A model generated the notes under the pieces. It did no database searches. It was not told where the DNA came from and saw nothing but the letters and a program-made list of their open reading frames with translations. Shown piece by piece: positions 12,278-25,411 of a stretch of DNA of 64,000 nucleotides. Origin of the DNA: Takakia lepidozioides (taxonomy: Eukaryota > Plantae > Bryophyta); assembly GCA_030704615.1 (NCBI GenBank), contig CM060731.1:21266001-21330000 (forward strand), given 5' to 3'. Position 1 is the stretch's first letter; every line of letters begins with the position of its first letter. The translations under genes and the position numbers were made by a program.

Positions 12278-13360
12278 AGTTCCTTTTTTATTCTCTGAAA
12301 ACCCTCCTTAGCATCCTGTGCACACCTACTGCGTTCAGCAGGAGTGATGTTGCCCCATTTGACCCACATTTCAATAGAAATGGGTGCCAATAAATTGATA
12401 TTAGCATGTGGGTGCCACATCATGTGATCGTTATTGGCAACCTCTAATTCAACTGCACGGGGAGGCAACCAAGGGACAAACTGCAGATTTCCAGGAGTGG
12501 CACCTACTGCCCTTTCTTGTTCCACTTGTGAGATTTCTACTTGTTCACAAAATTCTCTCACTGCCTCTTTTTCTTCATCCGGTAAAATCATGTGCCCAAG
12601 GATTGGGTGATTACTTACAGAAGGGATGAAGTCTTTTTCAGATGTGTTTGTAGATTTCTGCGTGGAGACAGTCTGGTCATCTTTTGGGTTCGCCATTCTA
12701 AGAGCTGCCTCAATGGCTGATCCCTTCTTTTCCCATTGTATCAGCTCCTCGGCATCATCTTCCAGTACCTCAATCATTTTAGTATTGAATTCCTGGAGCT
12801 TCTCCAGGTACCTGCCATTCTTATTTGCCATGATGCCAAGTGCAACCCAATTTTCCAAAGCCAAGGTTTCAAGTAATAACACGGGGTTTTCATCACCTGA
12901 ATTTTCCACGGCCTCAGTATCCATCTTTTGCAATGCAGCATGGAAGTCACTTGGTGTGACTTGTGCGAGGGTTGCCTGCACAGCAGGAATTGGAGGAGGT
13001 AGTGGGGACTGATACCCCAGGGCTATGAGGTCCTCATTCTAGCTATGACCTCCTTTGGTGACTTTCTGTCAAAGCCCCCCGAGAACATTTGTCAATATAT
13101 CAAAATGAGAAGGTGAAAAGGAGAAAGGTAAGGGTAGATGGTGTGTACAAAAACCACTAAGTACACTGATCAAATAAAGAGAGGGAAGATATACATGTCA
13201 TGTCAAGACATGGACAAGACCGCTAAGGTCATTGTCATTGAAAGACAAAACAGCCCTTTACAGGGCACCATCTAACATTCTCTTTCATGTTTACAAATCT
13301 CATTTGAATACCCAATTACATTTCAGGGTCTCTGAAAAAACAGGGCGAGAGGGTGGGATT
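12278..13360 (-). pseudogene. Copy 2 (inverted, diverged paralog) of the same unknown gene fragment
   Basis: LGYQSPLPPPIPAVQATLAQ...LLETLALENWVALG...WHPHANINLLAPISIEMWVKWGNI...QRIKKE. The upstream non-coding sequence (ccatgtcttgacatgac, cagtgtactt.gtggt) is also homologous to 10741-11030. Confidence 0.65.
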
Positions 13361-14529
13361 CCAGGTCATTCATATCATGAAAGCACCATAGTACACATCA
13401 TCATCTCAAGAATCCATTTTAAACTCATTTCAAAAACCAGATTGCAGGTTTGGTTTGAATTTTTAGAACCAAGATATAAGCAAGATTCTTAAAAAGGAAG
13501 AAGAAACAACAGGGTAGAGCCCCCTTAAGCAGGTATAGGCCTAGAATGGTATTTTAAGGCCTCATAAAATAGTTCTGCCAAGGTGAAAGAGCAGTTCAGA
13601 AACCCCTGTTTGTTATCAAGCCATGAAACCAAAATGATATGAGGGCCTTGAAGAATGTGTGTTATCTATCAAAGCCTATCCTTTTGATCCATCAGAGTCA
13701 TACCAAGAGTTCTCATTTCAGAGCCAAGTATCAAGGCAGTCAAAGTAATAACTGCTATTTTGTATCATTGTATCCTTTATAGCTAAACTCCTATACATGC
13801 GAATGTGGTTGTAAAAAACCATAAACAGGGGTAAGGAGAGAAGCAGATCCTCATTGGAGCCATCTTGGAGCAGGTGAAGCGGCATGGTGGCAGTTTGAAA
13901 CAGCAGATGACATCAGCAGCTTAGGCAGCAGCAGTATCCACACTTGCAAGAATAGGAACTGCAAGCTTCAAGAAATCAAGACAAGTGAAGACCCTCACCT
14001 GTGCCCGTCCCAAAAACCACCACATAGCGATGTGTGTTAGTGAGGATGCAGCAGGTAAATGGCAGGTCTTCACAGTTGCTATCCATGTCAGTGTTGAATT
14101 CTAAAGCAAGTACAGATCACAATTCAAGCAATGGTAAACTCAAAAAACCTTGAGTGTTTGTGGTATGCCCTGCGCCATGGCGTCCAACAGATCGTCTCCA
14201 ACAGAACGCAATCAGAGTAGAAGCGTTCACAGATAGAGAATGGCTCATACACAAAGAGAGAGCAACATGTAATCTGTAGATAAATAGGGATAGAGTACTT
14301 CCCAACAAGGAGTAAAAGCGCCGCTGCAAAATAAAGAACCATGAGTTCCTGATCAGAGCAATCACGGCTTTGTCATCTGCCATAGAAGAATCTATTTAAC
14401 CACCAATGCGCATCCCAAGAGCCAGCAATCACGAGTACCATGTAGCAGCAGGGGAGCAGGTTTATACGGCGCATCATCAAGGTTCACTGAAGCACGAGTT
14501 CAGTGCTGTGAAGTGTGTCGGCCTGCTTA

Positions 14530-14860
14530 GGGCAAAACTTCCCGATTTTTCATCCAGGATGGATGAAATATCACATTTTACCAAGAGAGGCATTTTGTCA
14601 CTGGATGACATCCCATAGAAATGTATCTTTTAGGGTTATGGTATAGGCTTAGGTTTAATAACTGCCATCATTTATGATGGTAGTTTTATTATTCTCTTGG
14701 ATTTTATAATAGGTAACCATTATTTATGTAGATCATCCAGTTTAGATGAAAAAAATAGATGGTAACTCTAGCTTTCTGTATATTAAGTTTCATCATCCAA
14801 TAATAAAATAAAATCATCCAGATTTGGATGAAAAAGGCAGGGATGAAAAACTAAACAACC
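14530..14860. repeat. AT-rich MITE-like segment with repeated TCATCCA-N3-5-(T)GGATGA palindromes
   Basis: Palindromic copies at ~14547, ~14733 and ~14814. Termini and TSD not resolved. Confidence 0.35.
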
Positions 14861-14896
14861 TCAAAAGGTTAAGGCCAGATGAAATCCAAAGAGTTA

Positions 14897-15766
14897 TAGA
14901 GGGAGAGGGAGAGAGGGAGAGAGGGAGAGAGAGAGGGAGAGAGAGAGGGAGAGAGAGAGAGAGAGAGACAAATCAAGAAACAAACAAACGAAAAAAAAAA
15001 AAGGTGGGAGGGGAGTGACTGAGCAGCAGCTGCTCCACCTCTTTAGAATAAAGTAATGCTTCTCAAACCCTAACATCCATGTTCTCTATGCTACAAGGAT
15101 TTTCCTTTGCAACACCTGCAACACCTTGTAACTCAAGAGCTCTCTCCCAAGCTCTCTTCAACACACAAGTGCTAGACTAGTCCTTACACTCCGCACTCAC
15201 AAAGGTGATTTTTTTGTAGTGATAATGTAATGTGAACACAATGGAAACCCTCCACTCATGAATCCACTCAATCACATAAACTAAGTCAAGACAAGGGCAC
15301 CCTTGCTAAGGGAGGGAATCCACCCTACAAAGCCCTCACCACACTCCCTCTCAATACCATGGAGGTGAGAGAGGCTCGTGGAGGCTCAACTACAAGAAGA
15401 TGAGCCCTCCTCAACCCTCACAAGGGGAAACCCATCCCCATGTCCCAAGTGAGGCTTGACACCTCACTTGGCATATGAGACCAAATGAAGTCTCAACACA
15501 CAAAATATAAATATAAATATCTAAAATATCCTAGTTAACTAGAAGTAGGTAATTCTAGTTAACCATGACTAAAACCATGACATAACTAATCCAAGGCAAG
15601 CTTGTCAAATTAAGCTAACTGGAGATTTTTCCAAAAACATCTATGTAGAGTTTTTCTTAACTCTTGAGTTTTTTTCTTAAAAGAAAAGGGAGGAAGCCCT
15701 TAAGTCATATTAAAGAACTCATGGAAAAAATAACCATGAGAGGAGGCCATGAAGGCTTACATCACA
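14897..15766. mobile_element. LTR-retrotransposon remnant: (GA)n-PPT module copy 2 followed by a ~750-bp TG...CA segment
   Basis: The PPT-like tract ends at 15015, TGA starts at 15016, and the segment ends ...CATCA(CA) at 15764/15766. No ORF; orientation uncertain. Confidence 0.4.
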
Positions 15767-16368
15767 AAGTGATTGGGTATCACCCAGACCATTCCACCTA
15801 GGGGTAAGCTTTAATTAATCAGAGCTTCACTGTCATGTGAAAGCAAGCTATGAAGCACCGTCAAAATCTGAGATAGAAACAGGCTCAACATGGGCCAGAA
15901 AAGTGAGAAGATACTAAAAGAAATACCAGCTACTCGGAAGAATGAGCAGACCTAGCGAGAACACAACCAGAGCTGAAACCAAGAAAAGAAACGAGTCTTG
16001 AAAAAGTTCTAAACAGCACCTGTAAAACAATCTACTGTCCTGCCATCCGAGAGGAACAAACAGAAGAAGCCAGGAGGCAAGCCAAGGTGCTGAGATTTGT
16101 TCACCTTTTGGTATTGTTCACTGTATTTTCTTACTTGGAATGTTTAGCAATATAGCATGTTTTAAACTCCCTTTCAAGTATGTATGTCATAGTCGCACTG
16201 AATTGTTCTTTGTTGTGTCTATTTGTCTATTCTTTCTCTAGAGGTATTGTCCTATTCTCCCAATTTTCAGTGAAGTAGAATCTCCAGCAGAGATTGCTTC
16301 TTGCATATTAATTTTTGTAGTTGCTTTAAAATTAAAAAAATAGATAACAAGGGACATAGCATTTTGGA

Positions 16369-16370
<2 letters not shown>

Positions 16371-16452
<82 letters not shown>
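16371..16452. repeat. (CT)n(AT)n compound microsatellite
   Basis: About 34 CT units followed by an AT run. Confidence 0.95.
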
Positions 16453-18297
16453 TCCAGAGAAAGGGAGCGGAGCCGTTTTGATCAAATTAAAGAACCAGGA
16501 AAAATTAGTTTTTTTATCTCTCATTACTCTCGTAGTGCCATGAGTATACCACATGAAATGAAGCTGAGTAGCCCTTTGGGGTCAAGAGACACCATAATGT
16601 AGAGACACCATAATGTACGCTTCCTTTGGGAGGGGTCATATTTTTCTTTACTTCATAAGGTGAATAATCAATAGTTAAATACTAATTTTATGATTAAAAT
16701 ATCATAATCTACATTTTTTAATATTATTTTAATATGCTTTAAAAAAGGGTAAACACCTGGGAGCGACAGCTCACAAATGCAGGCCCCTTGATAGCGAGAG
16801 GAGAAAGTAACCTCTTTCACAGCAACCCTGCCGTGCCATGGAGGCTGAGAAATGGGACACCGCCCAGGGGAACTATATATCTATTTTGAGTTTACGGAGT
16901 TTTAAGCAAAATACAAAACAAAACAAAAACTGAAAATCACAAAATAGTTTTGGTGGGAAACTCCTTTCCAACTTGGGAAGATATCTCATCATCATGCGGG
17001 AGAAGTCATTGTAATTTCAACAGTTTCACAAGTTTTCAAAACGTGAGCACATTTTCATTTTGCCATAACATCTTCTCTGGATATTCCTAAAATGTGGAAT
17101 ATCCGTTTGCTCAGGTGCATTACCCAACCTCGGAATGGGCCTGCACCTCCCCACTATAGTGGGGATAAGGGGGGCTCTGAGCTGCCTCCCAATCGAACAT
17201 TGCCCTCCAACTCCAGAATATAATGGGTTGCGCCTGCCAGCTTCTGATTAGCACGAGGCCATAAACAGCCTGTCGAAAAGTCCACTAGCCGATTACGCCA
17301 TGCCATAATCAGCCACTGGAGAGCAGGGACAAGTAATTCGGTTTCTTAATCCTCTTCAAATTTGACAGAATCAGCAATCACAATCCAGTATGTGCCTATG
17401 CCCCCCCTTATGGCTGCAAGAACTCCCCTGGCATCGCTCTTGGTGCTTCCCTGGTGCAATCCACTCCTGCGGGGTCTTTGGGCTGCCATGGCCCATGTGA
17501 TCCAGTGCTCTACAAGTCCTTCCTACTAAAGACACAGCTGCAGGGACAAGGGTCAGAGAAGGAGAATGGCAACAGCATAGACACACCAACATTTTTATTA
17601 CTCAATTGTCTCCGTAACAAAAATAATCACCAAGAAAATTTGATAGAACAAATTGGTGCATAGGCTCCAAGGCATGGAAAGGGAGGAACACACTAGGAAT
17701 AAGTTGGAGGGCCTTGGAAGTGGGCGAAGGAGGAGGCAGGTTACCCAAATGGGGACACAATTGTTGTCCTGGCACTTTCCGCCAACCCTTGCCATCAGTA
17801 AAGCCTGTAAAGGCTTCTGAGATAACATATACCCTCAACACTGTTTTTCAATATTTCCTCTAAGAATCATCAAAGAGGTCAAACCTTGGGGAAAAAAATT
17901 GTTAACATTCCAGGGTGAAGAAGTATATGAGACTTCTGCACCTTGGGACACCAGCGAAGTAGTCACAGTAGGCAATTTCAAGTACTGGAAGAGCAACATA
18001 GACAGCAAAAGCTGTCCACACATCTGTGTGTCCTGAAATATACTTCAATATAATAGCTAATGCTCTCACCAAATGCTAGGAATGGAAGGTAGGTGAAGCA
18101 TCAAGCTTTCAATCACTCTGCAACCATGGGCCACCCAACGATGGTAGCACTGCCACTAGTACGTATCTGTACTACACTGATCAGATATCTGTTTTCCAAG
18201 TTCTTCAAACCCTCAAATAAGTATCTTCACCTGTAGCAGATACTCTGTTGCCCCACCAGCCATTTGAGACTTTGGGCTTAATAGCTACATCACTCTC

Positions 18298-21200
18298 TTA
18301 CCTCATGTCCTTGCTTGCTCTGGCCTCTCTTTGAAGCCATGGTGATCTATCTGGCCCACCTGTTCGGCTCCTGTTGAAAGACCGCTCTTGTATCAGATGC
18401 CCCTGAAGATTGTGACCTAGGCCAAACCCTTTCGGCGCACCTACATATCTCGCATCGATATTATTACCTATGCACTCTCTGTTGCTAAGGTCCTCTGCAT
18501 CCTCCAAGAGCAGCTTACCATTCCCAGTCTCAAGGGAATGCTTGCTGTGATGTTCAGCAGGTGATGTTGAACGTGTATGGAAGTTCTGCATCCCACCGTG
18601 ATCAAAGCCTTCCAGTGATGACAGACTCCGGTGACCCTCAGATGATATCGAGCGCAACTGGTCCACATGAGTAGTTTTGTGCCGGTGTCGGTTCTTTATT
18701 GCAAGCAAGGCTTGCTCATGCCGCCATTGAAGGTCGTGCAACTCTTGTTGCTGTCTCTGTGCCAAGAGCTTCAACTCATGAGTCACTTCTTCATCTTCAT
18801 TATCATCATTGTCTTGTGAGAGGGCATGCTCATAATGATCACTGTCATCAAATCTCTGGTCTTCATGTCTCATGCCTTCCCAAGTTTCATGGGTGAACTT
18901 AGCAGTTCCCGCATTCCTCCTCATTTCTACAAGCTCATTAAAGGACCCCGTCTCACTCACGCAAGGCTCTGCATGGTCCACACCCTTCTCACCCCTTGCA
19001 AATGCTTGATGCGGAGGTGACCCACTGTCAGCCCCAGAGACTGCAGATATTGGTGTACCAGCTTCCCCACCTAGATCCCAATCGCGACCATCTCGTGCAT
19101 CTGACGAATCACTGGTGAACACTGGGGGTTCATCTGATCCATGCCGCGAATGCTCAGCTCGGGAATGGTATGTGACTTCTTCAAAACGCCCATGCATTGT
19201 ACCCTCCACTCTTGGGGGAGAAGCGACAGTCAATGAGCTAATCCTCGGAGAATGGGAGCGTGCTTTCCGACTGGATGGCAGCTGGTCAAGAACAGAACCC
19301 TCTGAAGACATCGTCGCCAAGGGATCAGAATCCTCTTGTATCACAGCATCACCATCCTCATCTGATGGAGCTTCAGGATTACCTAGGCAGATCTCTCCAT
19401 CAACAGCACCAGAGTCATCTACTGCAACTCCTGGTTTCCATTCAGGAACTAATGCCAAGATTTCAGCATCCATCATCTCTGCAATGGTGGTAACATCCTG
19501 GTCAGACAGGTCGAGTTCTGCCACCATCTCACTTGCAACACTCATGGCTGTATCCCCCTCCACATCAAAAGGGAAGTGAATGTTGCGGATATGACCTGCA
19601 AAATAAAAATCCGGACTTTGAATATGCAACAACAAATTACCAACTGACAAAAAGAGAGGAATGCCAACCAAAGCCAGTAAGATGACGACGAGTCTCAGAC
19701 AGTAACAGGGCAACTTTGTGTAAACCATGACGGTGCAGATATATTCTCTGACGTAAAGGTAACATCTGAAAGATAATCACAATAATGAGATTTATGCTGT
19801 CATAGTAGTTTTAAATGCCAGCATATTGAAATTAAACTCCATAGACTTCCCATGGTGACTGTCTCTGCCAAAACCATGCATATTCTTGCAATGTTTGCAC
19901 AGCAACAGCGACAAAATGGCATAATCTGGAAGAGAAAATCCAACTCAACAAAAAGTTGACCCTCACACAAGAGGCCAACTAGCTTGGCTGAAAAGAACTT
20001 TGCGAATGAGCATACGACTCACTACTAGACATGACTGAAACCAGTAACCACATGGATTAAGGCTCACCTGCTGGATCTGCAATCCGTAGTCTTAGAAAAA
20101 TGGTGTCATCATTTTTCCTTTTCCCCTTCAGTCTAAAATCTCTGCTCCTCCTTGGTCGATCCTTATCCATCGGTGTAATAGGGTAACTTTTTGAGTACTT
20201 CTCAGTCCCAATGTGACCACTGCCATTGTCAAATTCATCATCCACGTCAGACTTAACATCCACTGACAGCGACGGCATTTTCTTTGACGAACAAGCAACA
20301 TGTAATTTTCCATCCCCACAATTTCCACCACCTCTTCCATCCCAAATTGTGACCTTCTGGCCAGAATACATCTCTCCTGGAATAGACCTCGATACATGCT
20401 CCTCAGTGATTACTCCAAGCTCCTCCATGTCATTTGACCTGCCCCTTGAAAGCGATATACATGGCACACAATCTATTGCTTCCCGGTCTCCTTCACATTG
20501 AAGAAACGGGTCCATGAGTAGCTCTCTAGCTGGCAGCCTTCTGGAAGCAGTTGCCAAACATTTTTCAACAAAGGCTCGGACTGCAGGGTCCCGTACTTTG
20601 GCCAGTGCAGCTGGTTTCTTCCCCTGCTCAAGAAAGTAGGAGTGTAACAAATCACCAAAACAAAGGTCAGTTAAGGAATGTGCTGGAGGGTACTCAAGAG
20701 GTGGACAGCCCTCAAAACATCACCCTTAAAATCATGGACTGAGAAAGAACAACAGATAAATCAAACCGACTATATTGACAATTCGAATCCTTAGACAAAA
20801 GCAGAGAATTCGTACCGATGTGACTTTCTTGTAGATCTGTGCGGCATTTGTGCACTCACTGTATGGATACTCAAAGGTGACCATCTCCAAAAGACACATT
20901 CCAAATGAGTAGATATCAACAAGCTCATTATACTCTTCTTCATATAGCTCTGGAGCCATAAACTCTGGTGTCCCTGCATATTTTAATATGATTGATGAGA
21001 GAAGAAACAAGGGAAACCTGGTTGTTCACAATAAGGCTGTGTCAGGACTCACACAGACATACACTGAAACTAAGAGAGAGAGGTGGAGGCACTTAAGTGC
21101 AGATGTGATTTTCTAACTCTGTTTACTCCTTTGGCACATCTGGAAAGTCTGATGCTGCCTGCTGCTCCATAATGAGCAGGGCATGTTAGGGGCAGCATTT

Positions 21201-24200
21201 GCTTTGAATTGACGAGTGGTGGAAGAAGAGTGTGTACTATCTTGCAGCAGGCTCTCCAGATGGCGAAGGAGGACAGAAAAAATTGCTCCCTTCCTCACTT
21301 CAAAAGAAGGTGGGAAGATAAAAGCTTCGTACCAATTGTCTTCAGTAGTCCACTGTTAGGCAGTGCCCAGCATCCAACTAGAAGGTTGCTCTGCTGGATA
21401 CTGCAGCACTTTCCCAGAGTGTGCAGCATGTTTTCCTGGCTGCTTTCAATGTCTTGGTACTTTGTCACTGACTTATGCAGGCTTGTAAGTACCACAGCCA
21501 GAGAGTGGCATGGGGCCTTCTAGGTTGCCACAGCCATACCTGCCATATCTGATTCCTCTGTGGTTGCTGTCCAGATTCCTCTGGAAAGCTATTTGAAGCA
21601 AAATTGGGCGACTCTAGACGGGTCACAGCTGTCAACATTCTCTCAGGCGACTGAACCATGGCCCAAACAGGTACATTGGTGGGTGGGGAAAGAGAGAGGC
21701 AGTACCAATCACACTGTGAGCAGCATGTGCCTGCCGCAGGATGGCGGCTAGTCCCAGATCCCCAATCTTTACTTCCCCCTGGTTGCCATTCACAAATATG
21801 TTGTCACACTTGAGATCTCGATGTATGATAGGTGGGTCATGGCTATGTAAGTAGAGAAGTCCCCTCAGAATCTGCCGTGCCCAATTCTTCACAGCTTTTA
21901 TGTCAGCATGTTTGTGCCTTTTACGATACCTGCACAGAGAAACAATCACTCTGGTTCATCACCTGAAAAAGTAGTACTTGGCACACATCCTTGGATAGAA
22001 GTACCTCTATGCTAACATCATGTTAACTGTGCACCACTATATGGTCCCATGATGCATTTCTTGCTCCTTTGGTAATCTCTTTGCACTGAGTTCATACTTC
22101 AGTCAAGAACTTCCGTGGAGGTAAGAGTGTCACCGTAAAAGGTAAACCCCACTGGGGTGGTGTGCCCCCATGATGGCAATAACCCCCCCCCTCCCCACTT
22201 TGCTCCCATCCCACCCAGCATCACCTTTCCCATTTCTTGATCACTGGAAAAACATGGAACGATTATATCCCTGTCCCTCTCTCACTTCTCTCTCCCTCCT
22301 ACTTGTGTCTACAACAACATGACAAGCCTCTAACAAGAAGCACTTACTGCCTTAGGGTGCCTGAAGTGAAAATCTCGGTGATGAAATTGACATTCTTAGT
22401 TTTGGTGTCCACCCATGAATTATAAAATTTGATGATGTTCTTATGTTTCAGTGTCTTCAACAAGTGGACTTCTGAATAAAGTCGCTCTAAATCCTCAGGA
22501 CTCTGTAAGACATCTTGTACTTTCACTTGATTCCAAGCAACCTCGATACCATCCACTTCATCGAAAGCCCTGTAACTGCAACGGAGTCAAGGGGAGCCAA
22601 GAGAGGACACGAGTAGTAAAGAGAGAAGTAATCTTGTGCAGAAATTCGCAGGCAGGTAAACATAAAAACAACTTTGAATAAATCCAAGTGCCAAGTCATT
22701 GTCATCTTGCAAAGGATACACAGTCTTGAAGGCTCCCTTGCCCAAAACATCATCATACTGCATCACCATCCAACCAATCAAATCAGAAAAACAGGGATTG
22801 GAGAGACTTAAAAACAACCAGGACAGACTTTACAGTTCCGTCAACATACAGAGGCAAATGGAGTCTGATGTCTGTGTGGGAAACACCCTTCTCAGCATGT
22901 ATGTCAAGTGTGGGAGTCTGGTGGATGCACGCCGAGTCTTTGACAATTTGCCTAAACAAGATGTGGTTTCATGGAATGCAATGATTGCAGGATACATTCA
23001 GCAAGGGCGCAGTGAAGAGGCATTTGAACTCTTCTGGCAAATACAACGAGTAGGTATGAAGCCTGACAAGCTCACATTTGTTACCATCCTCAATGCCTGC
23101 ACCGGCCCAGCGGCACTGGAACAGGGGAGGCGTGTACATGCCCACATCACGGAAGGTGGAGTTTGAGGCAATTGTCTGTTTAGGGAATACCCTTGTCAAC
23201 ATGTATGCCGAGCCAAGCTGTGGATTTCAAAGAATCCAACCTTCAATGCAAATACGATTTCTTCCGCAGGTTATTTTCTGTCACAAGTATGCAAGACGAT
23301 TGATCCAAGCTCATTCAAACCAATCTGTCCTGGTGAGTATGCCTAGATAGATGGTATGTACCAGGAAAGAATTGCTGCCCATATGAACACTTCTCTTTCA
23401 ACATCCAAGAGAGAGTGTGCTGAGAGAGAGAAGACTCCGGCCATAGCCGGCGTAACTCAGAGCCACGTCACCTTACGGCTACTGCCGCCAGTCCGAGGTG
23501 GGTTCTGTATAGAAAAAAGCAGGACCGGCTTTCTAGGTTGGCGGATTATGTTCAGATTTCCTTTTGTTTGTAATGATGGCTGTGAGGGAGCATTGGAGTG
23601 AGAGTGCTTATTAAGTGCTATCTGTGACCATTGGATATGACACTCTTGAGGAAAATTTCACCTGGGAATAAACTAAAACCCTACAGCCAATAATGGATAT
23701 TAACACATGCAGGGTATGAAACTCAACCATGATAATCTCAGGATTGATCTACATCTAACAGCTTTATTGACAAAGTACAAGAAAGTTACTTGTTCTACCC
23801 TCAGAGAGAGAGAGAATGTACTCATAAGACGTTGTTCGCCATAGCCTTGTGGCCATTGACTACGAGCCCAGTTTGAGCGGAACACAAAGGGACAGAACCT
23901 ACATTTGTCAGGGGATGACGCCGCTAGTAAGACTTACCTTATTGATACAGGTTTTCCGGATATCCTCTAGGAATCCCTTTACACAAGCATCAACCTGCCG
24001 TGTGTGGTTTGCCCAATAACTAGGCCCCAAAAGAGCCTGGGCTTTTGGCTCAGCCTTAAGACTTTCAAAGTTAGTAAACAGAGGTACAGGCACAATTTCC
24101 TTCATAGATTTGAAGAAAGCGTAACACCGTACAATGAATCAGAAAATGAATATTGTCTTCAGGTTGCCCATACAACCGGCAATTGCACTCTCCCTTTCCT

Positions 24201-25411
24201 CTCTGCTTCTGCATGCGTTCAAAGGTAGGATTCCCGCCCTGAGTTTAAATTGAGGGTGGGTTGACCCTTGAGGTCATCCATGATGTCCTCCCCCATGTCA
24301 CAGACTGGAAACAACTTCAGGGAAGTTTTCTGCCTAACTACATTTTCATCAGACAGTTTCAGTCTAGTGCTGAGAGTGGGTAGACCCTTGAGGTCATCCA
24401 TGATGGCCTCCCCCATGTCACAGACTGGAAACAACTTCAGGGAAGTTTTCTGCCTAGATTCATTTTCGTCAGACAATTTCCTGGCCACAGACATGGCTTT
24501 GGACACTACAGCCTCTAAGTCAGATTTATCCAGCAGGGCCAAGACTTGCGGGCTAAGATTCAGATCGTTGAGAATTCTCTACTCCCTTCCGCCAGGACTT
24601 AGCCTGTTTCACAGGGTAATCCTGCTTCCAAGATATAGAGTCGATTAACTTGCGATATCTGATGTTGGACATATGTTGCAGCTGACCCCACCATCTGACC
24701 TTGACTTCATCTCGTCGGGAGCTTAAGGAATGGATGCCAAACTCACCCCGAACAGCCAATGGCTGTTTTAGAGCATGCTGACATGCATTCCATAAGCACC
24801 CCCACTTGAATGGATTCTAGAGACTTAGCCTAGTTGGAGTTATCAACCCATATTGCAGATACGTACTCCAAGGCAGGTCTAATAATGCGACAAAGCATGG
24901 TTTTTTGGACCTCGGAGTTGATCCCTCTGCAGTGGAAAAATTTAGTGAGACCCAGCACTTTGCACTTGCCAGTTTGAACAACTTTCTGAACATGTGCATC
25001 CCAATTACAGTTGAAGGAAAACTCAACGCCGAGGTAGGTGTAGGAAGGGAGGACTGGAATTTCTTGGCTTCCCCACTGCCACTTGAGATCACCTCCTCCC
25101 TCTCCTCGGTCGTTGAATGCCACCACTGCACATTTACTGAAGTTAGCCTCTAGCCCCAAAGGTCAAAGTATCTCTTCGCACAATCAATCAACTCCTGGAG
25201 ATTGGAAGGAGTCTCCCCTATGCCTGCGAAGTCATCCACAAACATAAGGGCTGGTGTGGTGGAGAGAGAGAGGCATGCAAACACGTACCCGACCATAGCG
25301 ACCTGTTGGATCAACTTCAACGAACTCTGAATAAGCATCATCCCCATCTTCATCAGGAGGATCTGCAGAACCGGTTACACCACTCTCTGATTTGTTGTGT
25401 TGATTCGGCAT
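18298..25411 (-). CDS. WNK: WNK (With No lysine) serine/threonine kinase, 7 coding exons
   Basis: Exons 25411-25289 (MPNQ...[12 protein letters not shown]), 22757-22720 ([13 protein letters not shown]), 22575-22348, 21929-21706 ([17 protein letters not shown]), 20973-20816 (GTPEFMAPE), 20623-20068 and 19595-18298 ([10 protein letters not shown]...[11 protein letters not shown]). All introns are GT-AG and in phase. A further short 3' exon after AG|GTAAG at 18301 is possible. Confidence 0.95.
22858..23209 (+). pseudogene. Isolated PLS-class PPR fragment (one S-P-L triplet) in WNK intron 1
   Basis: [28 protein letters not shown]...[12 protein letters not shown]...[14 protein letters not shown]...GRRVHAHI, then a frameshift and GNTLVNMYA. 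Confidence 0.9.
23816..25255 (-). mobile_element. 5'-truncated RTEX/RTE-like LINE (RT C-terminus + C-terminal Cys/His finger) in WNK intron 1
   Basis: [35 protein letters not shown]. Internal ~100-bp duplication (24261-24359 / 24381-24479). (GA)n on both sides. Confidence 0.9.

Noticed and set aside
11992-12393. Long overlapping ORFs 11155-12393 and 11992-12981 as real full-length proteins
   Set aside because: Their C-terminal parts are read-through of an intron, (GA)n and the antisense of the other arm.
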